A stretch of 63,949 nt of DNA, the filler included, from Choristocarpus tenellus KU-1152 (lineage: Eukaryota; Protista; Phaeophyceae), in NCBI GenBank assembly GCA_964200185.2. It is 9 parts of 9 records of this genome, joined end to end, with 100 filler letters (N's around TTAATTAATTAA, not from the genome) between each part and the next. Parts side by side here need not be neighbours in the genome. Positions count along the whole stretch, not along the records: positions 1 to 27,353 come from CAXNAD020000146.1; 8 more parts are not named here. The stretch is one strand, 5' to 3'. The notes beneath the pieces are model-generated. The model saw only the letters and a program-made list of their open reading frames with translations. It did not search any database and had not been told where the DNA came from. The position numbers were made by a program, and so were the translations under genes. This document shows positions 12,401 through 27,353 of the stretch, one piece after another (position 1 is the first letter of the stretch; each line of letters starts with the position of its first letter).

Positions 12401-15047
12401 GGGACAGACTCTTAATGAACATCACCGCTAAGGAAACTGAGTACAAACCAAGCCAAATGTCCATGAGGGATACTTGCCAGCCCCTTTTGTGAAACCAGTG
12501 CAAGGAAGGGGGTCTACCTCAAAACAACTGCTATATGAATCTGTACAAACAAATATGTGCGGAAATGAAAGTTGAAGATATTGTGCAGTTCCCTGTGGTG
12601 CAATTGAGGACCCAAAGTAGATTGGAAACAACCACTACGTTCGCTGGACCGTCAAATGAAAATGGTTATGTCCACCCCATCCGGAACGGTCCCACAATTA
12701 TCTCACATGTCCTGGTCCATGTCCTGTAGGTATTAAAATATTTCATGTCCGCCATCCAGACATGGTCTAATATTATCTAACATGGCGGACCATTTTCACT
12801 GCGTACTGCACCGGTTCATGTCGGCCTGCCAGATCAGGAGCTAAACCAATCGAGAGGTAGGCAGGGTTGCATTTTAAGGATCCCAAGACAGGGCAGACAT
12901 ATGTCATCCGGTACAATTGGAGAAAGAAAGACCTTTGGTATACTTATGATGTCGCTTTTTGTGTGGAAAGGGGGAATATCATTTTTTTTTGTATATACTA
13001 TTCTGTACATAAGTAATGGAAATAGAGTGTATTGCACAGGGTAAGAAAAATTGCTCAGAAAAGCATGGGTCCAAAATTGCGATTGGTTTATTTCTAGCGT
13101 AACATTCTCTAACATATCAGGACCATGTCCACTGGATATTGTACTGGTCCGTGTCCACCGCCCAGGCAGAGGCGGGGCCTGACATCCTCTGACTTGCCCA
13201 AACCATGTCCGTTGGCCAGTTTCACTTTTATCTGCCATGTCCGGACCATGTCGACCACGTGTTGAGTTGGTCTAACTGTCGAGTTCCTTTAGCACTCCAT
13301 GCGGAAAATGGAAAGTGTATGAAACATGGAATATATACAACATATCGAAGCTTAAAATTTATGTAGTATGTGCATATAATAGCTCTCACTGTAATTCTCT
13401 TCTCTTTTCTTTCCTGATTTGAAATGATGAGCAGATATCCGTATGTGTATGCACAATGAGAATGCTCGTGGTTCCTGACATTCCCATTGTACAACTGCTA
13501 CAAATTTTGTGTGATTCTGTGGCGGTGTGGTTCACTCAGGCAAGGGTGGTGAAGAGAATCACCGGGCAAGACGGACCAAGATGAACCGTAACCAAGAGGA
13601 CACGGTTAAGGTTGGACACGTGCAAGACTACCAGGACTTGCAGCAAATTGTTGAGTGATGAGGATCTTACGAGAGGAGGGATCATCACAAAGTACTACAG
13701 TAACACTAAATAAAATTCCCTGCAACACACAAAACGAGGCCTGTGACCGAATCTGAGCAGAGTGCACAACCAAGGAGAAGCAAAAAAAGTCTATTCCCTA
13801 GATTCCTACATTAAATGGTTATTAATGGGTTGAGAGTCCTTAACTGCAGAGATTCACAACACGGCATCTTGTCTTGCTTCCTAGGAAGTATTCTACAGCT
13901 TGAAACTTTCCCCATCCAGGCATCGGAATATTTTGTCCAGGTAGCTTGACTAGTACATAGTACAGAATGTAGAATAACAAATAAGATGCATTGTTTTGGA
14001 GGATGAGGAAGAATTCATGCAAGATTATAATAGTGTAATACATTCCATCTATGCTGAAGTATATGTAAGCTATTACTTTCAAGTATGATACCCTGAACTA
14101 CTTTTCATATGTATCAACTTTGTTACCTCGTTTCAAGTGAACCACTCATTCCTTCTAGGTACATGATCTATTCAGACCCATTTTTTTTCGGTTGATTATC
14201 AAATAATCAACAAGACAGTGTGAGCATGTAGTGCGTGTAGAGCGAGTCTATCCAGATTTTTGTCTAATTTTGCCTGGGAAATCAAGATCAGGTACATTCC
14301 AACTGACATAGCTTATTGATACAGTAAATACCATCAGCAAAAGGATCTACACACAAAGCTTGATTGAATCCAGTGTAGGAGATGAGTCATCCTCAACACA
14401 CTTACTTGGTGTATAATTGCGTAAAGTAGGCATAGTCTTTGCACAGATACCTTGTTTGACTGAACAGTTGAAGATCCACCTGCAATCTTGTCTGACTAGA
14501 GCAAGTAGTCCATATTATACATTTTAAATAGGCGTAGCCCTCTATGCAGGACAAAGAAAATAACAAAGAAGAATCGGCTCTTCTACCTGGTCTTCAACTT
14601 AGGACAACATGAATCACAATTCAACCACTTCACCTTTGGCTACATTTACATTGGTCCACTTGAATGTCAACCATGGCACTCTGAATACAATATAGAATGA
14701 ATTGAATAACTTAGTACAAAGTCACAACAAATTAACTCACACGACAACATGTTATCAACACTTACAACTCATCACCAAGTGTGGTCATTAGTGTAGTTTT
14801 TATCAACAAAAATGGTGAGATGGCCCTTCTACCCAACACAACACGTGGAGTTCAACAAAAGATAGGAATAGAATGCACCTGTTTGACAATGCCCAATACA
14901 CATAACAGCAAATTCTATCACAAGGATAGACAATTGCTGCACATAAGAAAAGCATGTAACTCAAAAGGGGGCGGTGAACCAAGGGGTATGTCTACCCCGG
15001 CTCATGGGAAGCAAGTAAGGCCTGTTGTCAATAACATCTGGGAAAAG

Positions 15048-18000
15048 TTACATCCGCTGTGGTGCATCAAGCTGTCTTGGTCCACTCCCATATTGATCTA
15101 CCCATTCTCGAAGATCATGCTGGGCAAACTGTTGTGAACTAGGGAACATCTCCTCATCAGCAATGAAGCACTGAAGGATGGCAGTAATGGCTGTACCATA
15201 CACCTCTGTAAACATCTTGGAGATGAAGAAGGAAATAACCATCACCACCAAAGTTGGCCCAACCAAGGAGTACAGATCGTCTTCAATATTGGACTCCATT
15301 ATCCAGTATGTCAGTGCTCCTGTTGTAAACATCACAAAGAGCTACAGAGGGGGCAGAATGGGGCAAGGAGTAAATGTCTGAACAGATATCTCTCTGTGGT
15401 AGCTTGAACATGAATGCTTGATGCTATATTGTGTCTATAAAAGTGTACACAAAAGCACATGTAACACATGTCACGCGTGGTAAAACTCAAGTCCAAAAGA
15501 TACACAACATATAGCGAAGTATTCTCACACACATTTGGCAACGTGCAATGAAAGTGGAATCTTGTCCAAGGGGTGTAGTTCATATGGATTTTTACTGCGC
15601 ATCACTAACAATACACTGGTAGAATAACAGCGACAAAAATATCATGTTACAGTCTGTGCAACAAAACCAAAGAAGAGTTGGGAGTACAAGGGTTCTCACC
15701 CACAACACATGTACTCACCGTCATGATCACCAACAAAAACTCTGAGAGTAGGGAAACGGCTCCTACACGCGCCAAATTCCTTGCAATCAGCCAGAAAGCA
15801 TTCTTGGCTGAAGTACAGAAGCTTGTAGAGAAAATAGCTGTCTGAGGAACATCAACATCATTACAGGTGTGTCACAGAAGAGGGCAGTGTTTGGTGATTA
15901 TATAGTCCTTTCACACAAACTTGTTGACATGGCATGACATGACAAAGCATCAAGGCATTACAGGTTTCTACAAGTGACCTCGACAGGGAAGTCAGCAACC
16001 AACCTCACACGGAATACACAACAAGTGGTGTATATGGTAGTCAATGCATATACCAGTAAGTATCAAACAACAGCATGGACTTGCACCTGAACATAAGCAT
16101 TTCTGTTGATGAAGCGCATGCATTTTTCCAGGCACCAGAAGCAGCACATGCAGCAACATGATATTGCCTCCGCAACCTTATTCTGGGATGCCTTGGCCTT
16201 CTTGTTGATGTAGGACAGGACAGCTTCAATCATCTGCAAAGGTGAGTCATCCACCAGCAGAGGTACATACATAAATTGTGGTGCAAAACCCTCAGTTCCA
16301 TCAACTGACAACAATATGTAAGCAGTCAATAATCAATGCATGTGCAACTAAAGTGAAAAGTACCAGCCATAGTGTGAGTTCCTACTCCTTCTCGTAGCAC
16401 CAATGGGACCATATGCAAATGTGAAACTGCAATAAATGTCATGAATTATTTTATCCTCATGGTCCAAGGGGTGATAAAAAAGTTCTCATTAGAGAGGGAT
16501 AGTGCCACTATTACTACAACAGGAATTCTATTGATAGTACTTGCCTGTATGATGGCAATAATGAGGGCACCAAATGCAGCTGTACCCATGTGGTAGAACA
16601 AAGTGTCCTTGATCGAGCCAATCACCGTGCCAGAACCAACTGAGCTCTTGTTTCGGGTAAAGTACCACTTGCTAGAAGCCAAGGCAACAACGATTTCTCC
16701 AACAGCTCCAATGAAATTCAACGACCAAAAGAGGCAAAACAGAAGGAACCACAGACGGTACTCCACCTCTGTTGAGAAGTCAAACTCCTACAATGATTGA
16801 GGGGCAGCAACACACAAGCAGAAGATGGTGAGCACCACATAGTACATAATAGTGACCTGTACTGATGGGGATTATCACACAGCAGTAGCCACAAGTAGAG
16901 ATACACTAATGTATCAACTTATGCAAGCTTTCAGATCCTGTATGCTGAGGTTGTAGAAGCATGTACTGAATCAAGGTTCCACAACCATGCAAATGCATCT
17001 GAAAAACGAATCAATATTACCACTCATCCTGCAAGTGTTAATACCATTAATTATGATAAGGAATGTATTTACCATGCAGTATGAATAGCACTACAGAGTA
17101 TGAGCAGGTATGCACATTGTGCATCACTCTACTAATTATTTAATTCATACAAATACTTCAAAGGTAGAGTACAGAACATGAAGTTGAAGTTCTATGCATG
17201 CAACATAATCTCAAAAGTAAATTCCCATTCATACTTCAACATCCTGGATAATGAGGTATAATGGTGATACACACACCAAAGAGTCACTGTAAGGTCAGGG
17301 TTACTTTTGATCAGTGTGACATCATCAAGGTAGGGTTTGGGTCAATCACGGTCCAAAATGTTTCTTTCCATCATGATCTACCTCAAGATAAAATTTGAAA
17401 TCCTGTGCTTGAAGTCCAGCTGGATACAACACATAACATGAAAATTAGAACTACTAACTGCTAACTACTCTCTAGCACTAATAATGGGAGGGTCACCTTG
17501 TATGAAAGATCAAGTTCAGAGCCATTGAAGTCAACAGTATAATTGACAACCTCCAAATCACCCAAGCTTGCAGTGTAGGCAACATAGTATGCCCACACTA
17601 GCATGAACAGGATGAGTCCCACCAGTTGAATAACTGGCCATAGAAGAATGAGAGGCATGGCAGTGATCACACGCCCAGCCTCCTTGATGACTCCAATAGC
17701 CAGTTCCACACGTTTGCGCATGAAGCACATGAAACAGACCCACAAGAATGCCAGAACCTGCGCACCATAGGGCAAGAAATTAATAATTAATTTGGTGAGA
17801 TCTACAGTATGGATAAGAATTATTCCTTGAGCACCACACAAGTGACTTTTTTTTTGCATGTGTCATATAAATGTGATGTATCTAGTGACAAGTGCTGTAA
17901 GACACATACATTGGTCAAATCGAAAACTGAGGTGGAATATTGGAACTGTCTCAGCATCAAAGTACTGTTCCATTCCTCTTACAAAAAATGATTTTCTTTT

Positions 18001-21000
18001 CATCAGGCCTTCAACCACCATAACTTGAATTTAAAGTCACCAGTAATTGACACATTTGAAGTGGTTTGTTGGTCTTGATGAGGTACACAACAAGGCTGTG
18101 TCAACATGAAGAAATCAACATTTGAATTCCTATGCAATATCCAACTTAGTATCAACTGTGCATTGAATTGGTTGATTGCTAACCATAACAATTACAAGAC
18201 ACGTCACTCACCCAGAACAGAGCTGCAAACACATAGGCAGCAGTGACAAATGCCTAGTAGGTGGAGTAGAACATAGCAGAAAGAAAGTGGTACCCATGCA
18301 GTAAGTTGAGGAGGGAAGCGGGCAGTTGGTGTTACAGATTTGGGAAAAGGATAGGAAAAATTACATTCACGTTGAGATATGGCTATTGAAGAGGTTCAAG
18401 AGCATATATAATGAAGGAAACAGTATAGGGAGACTGGCTTGAACAATACCAACAGAAGAAGATTAAGAAGCGGAAGACGCATGAAACGAATGCACTGATG
18501 GGCTAACACTAGGGAAACTCTGCAGCATGTATTATTGTTATCCAGTAGAGTCACATGGTCCTCTTGAGTACTCGATAATCGAGAGGATCAGCAAAAATTC
18601 GATGAATAATTGATTCAAATTTGTAAACACGGTATCAACTGAGACTGTATTTCATCAAAACATTCTCTTGAAATTTCCTCAAAAGGATTTTCTCACCTGG
18701 TCTTTCACTCCCTCCTCATCCCAATCCGCAGCAACAGAATACATACCAATCCCAAGCCCCACCAATGCAACGAGCACCAGTGAGATGCAAGACCACACCA
18801 GTGCTGTCACCAGGAAAGGTAATCGCATCAAGTAGATGTAGACAAACCCAAGAACAAGGGAAACAGCAAATCCAAAACCAAAGATGTAGTCTCTGGCAGT
18901 GATCATATCGGCAATGAATTCACTTGCGTAAGATGCAAGGTCTGTATCCCTGAATTCAGACCACACAGTTGCATTCTTGAACACACAATAGTTGATGACT
19001 GCACAGAATACAAGCAACAGACACAAGCATACAAACAGCAATGGTCACAGCCAGTTAGAATCTTGGAAAGGGTCGATGGATTCAAGGCTGCTGAGATGAA
19101 AGCACAGATTGGTGAAGCTCTATAATATTTTCTAATCCTTCACAATATAAGTAAGTAGCACCTATATGAACATGTTTTTATATCCTTCTGTTTGCTTGTG
19201 CAATTAAACAGCACACTCTACACAAAACTGCACAAAAATTGAGGCTACAGGTTTAGTAACAACTCACTGTCATAGCTCTCATACTGGTACATACAGTATC
19301 CAGCAGCGACCCGCTCTTCAATGGTGAGTGTGATGTCATCATCCTCACGGCAAGCATACAGAGTGCTGAAGGAAATGAAGGATATGAAAAACAATTTGTG
19401 TCAGGTATGACTTGTGTCAGGTATGAATTGCAGAAAAATATTCAAAGTGAAGCTGGAGACTGGTAATGGTAAGCAGGGTACTAACACTACAAAAACAATT
19501 TTGTAAGTGCTCACACTCACCTTTGCTATTGATGCAAACAAGCTTGAGGGCAATGTTCTCCTTTCATGTACTATTGATAGTCACAGGTTACAATGATGTA
19601 TGTGTTCCTAACTATGGTATTGACACTTCAAAATGCCTTAAAACCTATCTAATAACATCATGTCTGCTCTGATTGTCCAATGCAAAATGGAACCTACATC
19701 AAGAAGTCATCATCTAAAAAAAAAGGGCTCTTGTCACTTGTGTCCCTACTTAGAAGGTGAAACCCATCAAAATCTGCACAGCATCCAGGTGCTAAAACCC
19801 ATTGAAATATAACAAAAAGAAAGATAACTTTAGGTATAAAAGCTCACAATAGCACAGCGCACAGATCAGGGGAGTGACCACTGTGAATACAACCCTCATT
19901 GCCATGGTTGTGATCTTGCAATCCACCAGCTCTCCTTACCACCTAACACAATACTCTGTCTCACCTCAGGTCAGTTGTATCAGGACAGCCATCCACACAC
20001 ACCCCTGAACCTCCCACATTTGCATAATACAACTGCTCAGTATTCTCAAAACCATCAGTATACCCACAAAGGTTGCCATTGTAATCAATTGGGGCAAGAA
20101 GCTTGTCAACATCACCCTGAAACAAAGGAAAGGGAGCAACAATAAAGCAAGAAAATAAGAATTAATTCATACATAGAAATCGGACAATGTGTTGAACATA
20201 CACTTCAAAGCACATAAAACCCACCCACACTCATAAAACTGTCATTGTAGACGTCGATATAGCACATGTGATGCAGTATTTGTCAGCTACTTAAATATAC
20301 TATTAATAATACAACTTAGTATCAGTCCAACACTATGCTTGCCAACTAAACGTAAAGGAAAACTGGGCAGGAGATCGTAAGTGTTGGGCACTGCGTACGC
20401 GGTTGGGTAGATATTACAAGCTAATGGAAGATCAAAATATTCCCCGCAAATATGCAGCTACTGCTTACGTTAGAGAGGAACTCCAGTCAGTGTAAGCAAT
20501 AAAAAAATGAAGCATAACTGTTCTTTGATAAATATACATTTTAGTAAGCATCCTACAATTCTGTCAATATTGTATGCAGAGTATTGGACAGTAGTGCTGC
20601 TGTTAGACACCTTTTGGTACACCCATACACATCATACAGGCAGTGAGGAAATGCAACCTGAACTAGGGGATTTCAAACTAACAATGAGCTACACACAAAA
20701 AATGCGGTCCAATACCTTGTGGAAGTTCTGGGTAACATGCAATCTATGCTTGAACAGAGCAAACAGCGCTGTGTTGTCTAGTGTAATGGATAAGCTCTGG
20801 AGTTAACATGGTGGCCCTTTATATAAACAAAATATTAATATTACCCAAAAAACAAGGATGCATTGTAGTCAGTGACACAAGGTAACCTACAATCAGCATA
20901 GCATTGATCAAAGAAATTAGATAATCCTACTACTACTACATTTACATCAAATCCCATTAAATTTGAGGGTAACACAAATGCCACCAGTCATGTATAATGC

Positions 21001-22207
21001 ATGCTTCTGGACAGGTTCTGGTTATTTGGACAAGTGAAATATTAGAGATATATTGCGCTGAAGTGGTAATATTAGAGATGAGCTTCACATCAATAAAAGT
21101 TTAGTACTCAATCTATTACTCAATCATGAAGATCAATCGGGTCCAAGACCTCCGTGTATGAGAATCTTTTCATCCACAATATTTTCAGAAGTACAGGCAC
21201 AGTATTCCTTTTAAACAGCAGTATCAGGTCACCATATATTAAAAAATATATTGTTACGGGAAATCAATATATTGTTAATATCAATATATTGTTACGGGAA
21301 ATTCAAGTTTTTTACTCGTAAGGTTTCTTCTCAGTTGGGTTGATCTGGAGTCTATGAACTGAGAAGAAACCCTCCAAGCAAGAATGTACATAGAAACAAA
21401 GCAGTTTTAGGGAAGAAATGACAAATATCAAAGAATTCTTGAATGGCCAGTGAAACACTTTTAAAGTATGTTCTAAACAAATACATGCCACAGGTACAAT
21501 ACATATCTCAGCTCAATGGCCCTGCAACATATACCTGTGTTAATGCACAATTTGGATGGGCCTCAATTTCATGGGTACAGCTAATGCAGGACAACACTCA
21601 GAATCAACACACATCAGGTCAATATGGCACCACAACTTTTTTGCTCATTGTCCACCAGGCTATTGAGAATTATGATGTGCCTATTTAATAGTTCCTAGTT
21701 CAACACAATTATTCATGCCCTACAACAATATCTTCTTGATGAACTGGTTACAAATATGAAAAATTGCATAGTGATAGCACCTTTAAAAATTATACAAAAA
21801 GATCAACTTGTGGTAGGTACTTATCTTGCGCGCTGAAAATTTCACTGTTTTACAGGGAGCATGAAATATATATATTTATGTTTGAAGATGTATGAATTGC
21901 AATTAGCAGAATGGTTGCAGAAAAAAATGGCTGCTGCGTACAAGCAACAGGGCTCAACACAAAATATGTTCTACTTACACTGTTTAAACAGTGGAGTTCA
22001 GCAACTGATCACAATAATTCTAATGAAAAAAATAATTTCTGGTCTTTGACGCATCACAAATTGGGTCACCTCTGAAATGCTGTCAGCTCCAATCCAAGTC
22101 ATTGCCACCCATAAGCACACAATAAGCACCATGAAGATAATGTCAGTACATTTTCTATTTTTTACAGGGCCATCGAAATCAGCCGGAGCTGTTAACTTCG
22201 AATCCAT
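15048..22207 (-). CDS. Choline transporter-like protein (CTL/SLC44 family), about 10 exons
   Basis: Exons about 22207-22070, 20116-19965, 19365-19269, 18999-18698, 18253-18212, 17757-17498, 16787-16545, 16233-16087, 15841-15719, 15341-15048. Motifs [89 protein letters not shown] and AILQCFIADEE. An upstream exon (donor near 22487) may add a 5'UTR or MWKA. Confidence 0.93.
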
Positions 22208-24795
22208 CGCCTACCCTCAGTCAGAAATGTGTCCTGCTTTAAGGGCAGAATTTGAGGAATGAGTGTGAAACAGTACATACATTGAAAGGCTGTGTACACA
22301 TTCCATTTGTTCATGAGAAATTGGTAGATGTGAAATGGGTGACCATTTAATTATATTTTCCATTGGTCTGCTCATACCAGCTAGTAGTATGGATCGTTGA
22401 AGGCTGGGAAGAGGCAATTTGCAAGCACTTGGTGAACTCAATATTATAGGCAGCATTGTAGACTGGGGGTTGAGACACAGCAATTACCTTCCACATGAGG
22501 GTGAAGATAAATATGCATAGGAAACAGCGTGACGCATAACTGAACTCGAAAAAACGGTGGCCAGGGTTTGAGGTGTCGCAGAGTTGGGACATGACCTGAG
22601 TCATCTACGCAAATGGACTTGAATATAAAATAAACCGTATCTCAAATCATTAAAGGGATACCTATACAATGCATTATACAACTCAACAGGTGGGCGGAAG
22701 AAGGGCCTCGAACGAATGCACGTGGGTTGCGACGATGATATCTCGTGCGATTCAACTGGTATGGCCAACAGTGCCTACAACAGGCACAACGACGAAAGCA
22801 GGTTGACAACAAGGAAACAGTATGAACGAGCAATGGAAAAGACAATCTCATGCCGAACCTACATATGAAATCCACATTGCTTCTCATGGTTCTATGATAG
22901 AGGAGTACACCACCACCAAAGGGAAAGATTACGACATGCAGGAAGGTGGGCAACAAGTATACTCCCAAAAATTACTGTTCGTTTCACAATGAATGAAACA
23001 CGACCACATGCTCAATGCCCATCAGCATCAGCCTCAACCAAAAAACCCGCCACGGTCTACACTACCATAACCCTCCCCGACTCCTTCATCTGAAACCTAA
23101 TACGCTACGACTACTAATAGATACCAAGTCCAATTATAGCGAAATGTACAACAGTCTACTACTGGAGTGTTCTTCTCAATTTGTCCGACGTCCCAGAGTA
23201 CAAATGCCCAAGAATAGGGATACTAACTCCCTAACTCCCTCGTCACATCATCATGCAAGCATACCGCCGACCATATGGACATACCTGTCTAATGTGGTGC
23301 CAATATGTGATTAATCCTATCCTCTGCTGGAATAGTAGGTAGTTTTGTGGGTTTGGTAGGTTCGCCAATTTCTCTTTTCCTTCATATTTATGTTTCTCTT
23401 CCATCAACAACAGATAACCATACTTCGAACTAAGATTTGATTGGTTGTTTCCTCATTTCCTATTTTTTTTCGGGGTTGGAGGATCATAGTTCATTGAAAG
23501 TAATAAAATGAAAATTAGAAAACTAGACTAACATTTTTTGATGGGAGGACGATTTTCAAAATTATCTGTATGTGGAATCATTTTTCTTCCCCTTCCTCCA
23601 TTACTAGAATCGAACTCATAAGCATTCCTTTCTGGTGGTATCGTGTGATCATCGTTTTCAATAGTGTTTTGTAGGTATTTATCTCACCTACTCTAATAAA
23701 TATCCTAACCTACGCATCACAGTCCACGACCCTTCTTTACTAAACTACATACAAATTATTGCACTAAAAAATTTAATGCCACTTGAACAATATCTCCTAT
23801 GAAAAAATAGGTGGGTTACACCATTCACAGCATGCCATCAAGTGGGTAGGCGTAACAATCTGTTTCTGACACTAATTCACTAGGCAGTGTGAAACATCTT
23901 TTTAGTGAGTGTGACAGGTTACCACGTTCGCAAAAGTCCCAAAATCCATGTTCTTTGAACGACCGTGACGATATGTACACTCGCTAAAAAATAGCCCAAG
24001 TGATTGAGTCTGTAGAGATGAAGTCGTATTGTAGGCATTGGTGTCAACTTGTCGTAGCAAGTCATGTTCACCTATCAGATTGTATCAACTACCACTCACG
24101 AAAGGCCTCTGGGTTTTGACCCGTTGTAGGGTTGGTTGTCCTTGAGAGTTTGCTGGCATTAAAATGTGTAACAGGGGCTGAATCTTCAAGAAGAGGGAAT
24201 CGTTGGTGTCCACCCCCCAACTCTGATTCATCCAGTCAGTGGGAGGATATCATTTTATTTAGCGAGTATACACACAGCTACTATTGTTTTGAGTAGTGTT
24301 AGTTCCACCTTGTTATGAATGTAATATAATGGCTACATACGTATACTGTGCAACATTGGAGTCGAAGGGTAATAAGAAATAAATGTAGGTTGGAACTCAA
24401 CGTTGAGGACTATTATAATAATTTATTATGGCTTTTTGAGATGCAGCAACAAAACGTTTTATGATAGAGCATGTGTATAATGAACGCACCTTGATGTAGG
24501 ACTATGTTGTGACATACTACGAAGCATTGATTAGTGTTGACTGGGGTAATACTCTTTTGTGGCTTTAAAAAAAGAATGAAAAGGCTAGTTTTGGAGTTAT
24601 GTTGGTGGTATTTCGTTCCATGGGTCTTTTTTATTCCGTCGCACCACAACGTACAGAGGTGGGAGTGACTCATTGTGTACTCCATTGAAGATGTTCATCA
24701 ACTGGAACCTGCAGAGTCAGAGTGAGAACCTATTTCTTTCATGGGTCTTTGACTTATTTCTGTCGCAAGCTAGGAAACATACATTATCACAACCT

Positions 24796-25317
24796 GAGCC
24801 AAAGTATCTTCGAGGGTAGAGCCGCGTCCATTTGGGGGTCAAAATCCAATGTTGCGGTTTTGATGTAATTTTGGTTATCGTGTTTGTTAGAAAGTGTCAA
24901 TATCTATGTTTCGGAGACACCTTTTCATAAGGTATACATTTTCCCTACTGCTAAACATTTGAGCCAAAGTATCTTAGAGGGTAGAGTCGCGTCCATTTGG
25001 GGGCCAAAATCCAATGTTGCGATTCCGATGTAATTTTGGCTATCGTATTTGTTAGGAAGTGTCAATATCCTTGTTCCGGACACATGTTTTCGTAACATAC
25101 ATATTTTACCTACTCCAGAATATTTTGGAGTAGGAAAATGTCATAAAAAATCCCGAGGGAAGCCAAGCCCCAAATGGACAAACAGGGCAAAACTCGTACC
25201 CTCTAAGATACTTTCACTCATTTTGGAGTAGGAAAGTATCATAAAACAACCCATAATAAGCCAAGTCCCAAATGGACAAACAGGACAAAACTCGTACCCT
25301 CTAAGATATTTTCACTC
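24796..25317. mobile_element. MITE family B, outer copy interrupted by the inner copy
   Basis: Same TIRs. Removing 24961-25223 restores a sequence collinear with the inner copy. Flanks are acct / ccct. Confidence 0.8.
24961..25219. mobile_element. MITE family B, inner copy
   Basis: TIRs GAGCCAAAGTATCTTAGAGGGTA / TACCCTCTAAGATACTTTCACTC; 4-bp TSD ATTT (24957-24960 and 25220-25223). Confidence 0.85.
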
Positions 25318-25439
25318 CCCTCCTCAGTAGTACTCCTACATTGTGAAGAAAAGCACACTGCATCAAGTCGTTGAGTGTGTTGAAATGATTGGAGGATAGA
25401 CTTCCCTTCCATCCCTCTGCTGAATGGAAGAGAAAGAGA

Positions 25440-25619
25440 GACTCAAACTATCTGTGGGGGGGGGGGGTCTACACCAGGGTGTCCATTCGGACCCTGACCA
25501 GGAAAATTGAACATACACATTATCCATCCAACGCATGCAACCAAATCACCCAAAAGTCGAGACATGAAAAAATGGACCCCAAATGGACAGCTGCCACCCC
25601 CCCCCAGATACTTTGACCC
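25440..25619 (+). mobile_element. MITE family A (about 175 bp, poly-G/poly-C subterminal runs)
   Basis: TIR GACTCAAACTATCTG(G)n ... (C)nCAGATACTTTGACCC; internal GTGTCCATTCGG...GCAACCAAATCAC...CCAAATGGAC; 3-bp flanks AGA/AGA. Confidence 0.85.
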
Positions 25620-27353
25620 AGATGTAAGTACCACATTTGCCCCTCTGCATGTCTGCCCAAAGTACTAACGGAGATTCTGACCATAGGAAGTGAAACGTTG
25701 GTTTGTTTTTAGCAGTTGTGGAAGTGAGGAGTGATAGACTTGTAATAAATGTGAAGGGAAAGCTTCAAATGGTAAATGTTTTTATTGGGATAGGAGGCTT
25801 TCATTGGTGTAGGAGCATACTCCGTTGATGATGGCTTTGCCAACTATTACAAATTTAGGACATTTTGTTTTAGTGAGTTATCCATGTCACCCAGAAGAGG
25901 GGTGTTTGTCGGGTATTTGGAGCCCTTGCGCCTTCTGGTGTTTGTGCATCTAGCACTCTGGAGGGCGATTTTGAGCTCACGTGGTGGTCAGGATTGGGAT
26001 GCTCGAACAGTGATACCCTCGCCCAGGCCGCTTGTGGGTGAATCTTTCCGATGAATGATCCAATTGGCAATTTTCAACCTGAAAAAAGTCTTCCAAGTCC
26101 CTGTTTTGCTTTGTTTGATCAGCATCACATACATTGTACGAATTCAAGAGAACCAGCAGATTTGGTCAAAGTGTTACAGCCCGTTCCAGAAGCTTACCTC
26201 CACAGGATGCATAGCTCCAATCCACAATCCTATAGAAGATGCTGGTGCTCATGCAAGCCTCTCAGGATACTTGAGCAGTCTGGGTAATCCAATGTATATC
26301 AGGTTAGCAGGACAGGAGTACTTCATTCTTTCAAAGTCAGTGTGTAAATGACATCAAACAAAAGAAGTGTCTTAGGAGGGCTGTTTATTAAGTAGCGCTC
26401 TTTATTTCCTTTATTATCATCTACACTTTTTTTATTTTGTCTAACAGAAGTTGAAATACGTCTGAAAACCATTGCAACATTCCCAAGTTACAGATCTTAC
26501 TCTGCAACCTTTAGCAAATCGGAGTTCATCTTTATAAGGTTCCCCACGCATGTATAAGGCTCGTGCTTGTTAGAACGTGGGAAGAAATACTTGCGCTATT
26601 CACCTCTAACAAAAGGACTTGATCTCCTTCCCGGCGTACAAAGTTGTGCTAGGTTTTTCCACTGGTGTAGTGTGCGGTTGCGCTCTGATATGTAGAGGAA
26701 CACTTGACATGGCACAAACTTACACGCAGCGCACGCTTGAGTTACACGTTTTTTCAAAAGTAGTATCTTTGTTCCTTCTGGTACAAAGAAATGCCTCTCA
26801 CCAAAATTGAGGATGGATCATACTATGGAGGATGGGTTTGACCCAAAATGGTGCGCGGAAAGTGCCGATATGTTTTTTTTTTGTAAATGTTGCGGCACTT
26901 TTTAAGGGCCCCTTTTTGAATCGGAATCCGTGCCGAAGGTGGTAGTAGGACAGAGTGTGGGGAGCGGCAATGTTTTCGTTTGATTGTCGTGCACATGTAT
27001 GCCCTGCGTTGGATTGCTTGCTTGAATAATCAATGCGGTCGGTGGAGTCGTTTGACTGTCGATGGTGAAGGTGGTAGAAAAAAATAGTACTTCGATGAGG
27101 TTTTCTTTCGGGGCGGCGTTTCATCGTCATTATGGATGGTTGACTGACAAGAAGAGAAGAAGAAGCGTTGTTTTCCCATATTATTAAATTGTTTATCAAT
27201 TATTGCTATCGCCGCCAGGTAGAAGAAGAAGCTAACACTGAGCGCATATAAGTGTTGACATTACATGATGATTGACCTCTTTGTACGAATATCTCAGTCA
27301 TGCCCGAACTATCGTTTGTTGCGATCTGCCCCCCCCCCCACCCTGTCAGATAC

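Noticed and set aside
18371-18382. Possible 12-nt microexon (PYLN) in the CTL gene, tag|CCATATCTCAAC|gtgaat
   Set aside because: Frame-neutral and not required by the protein; cannot be supported without transcripts.
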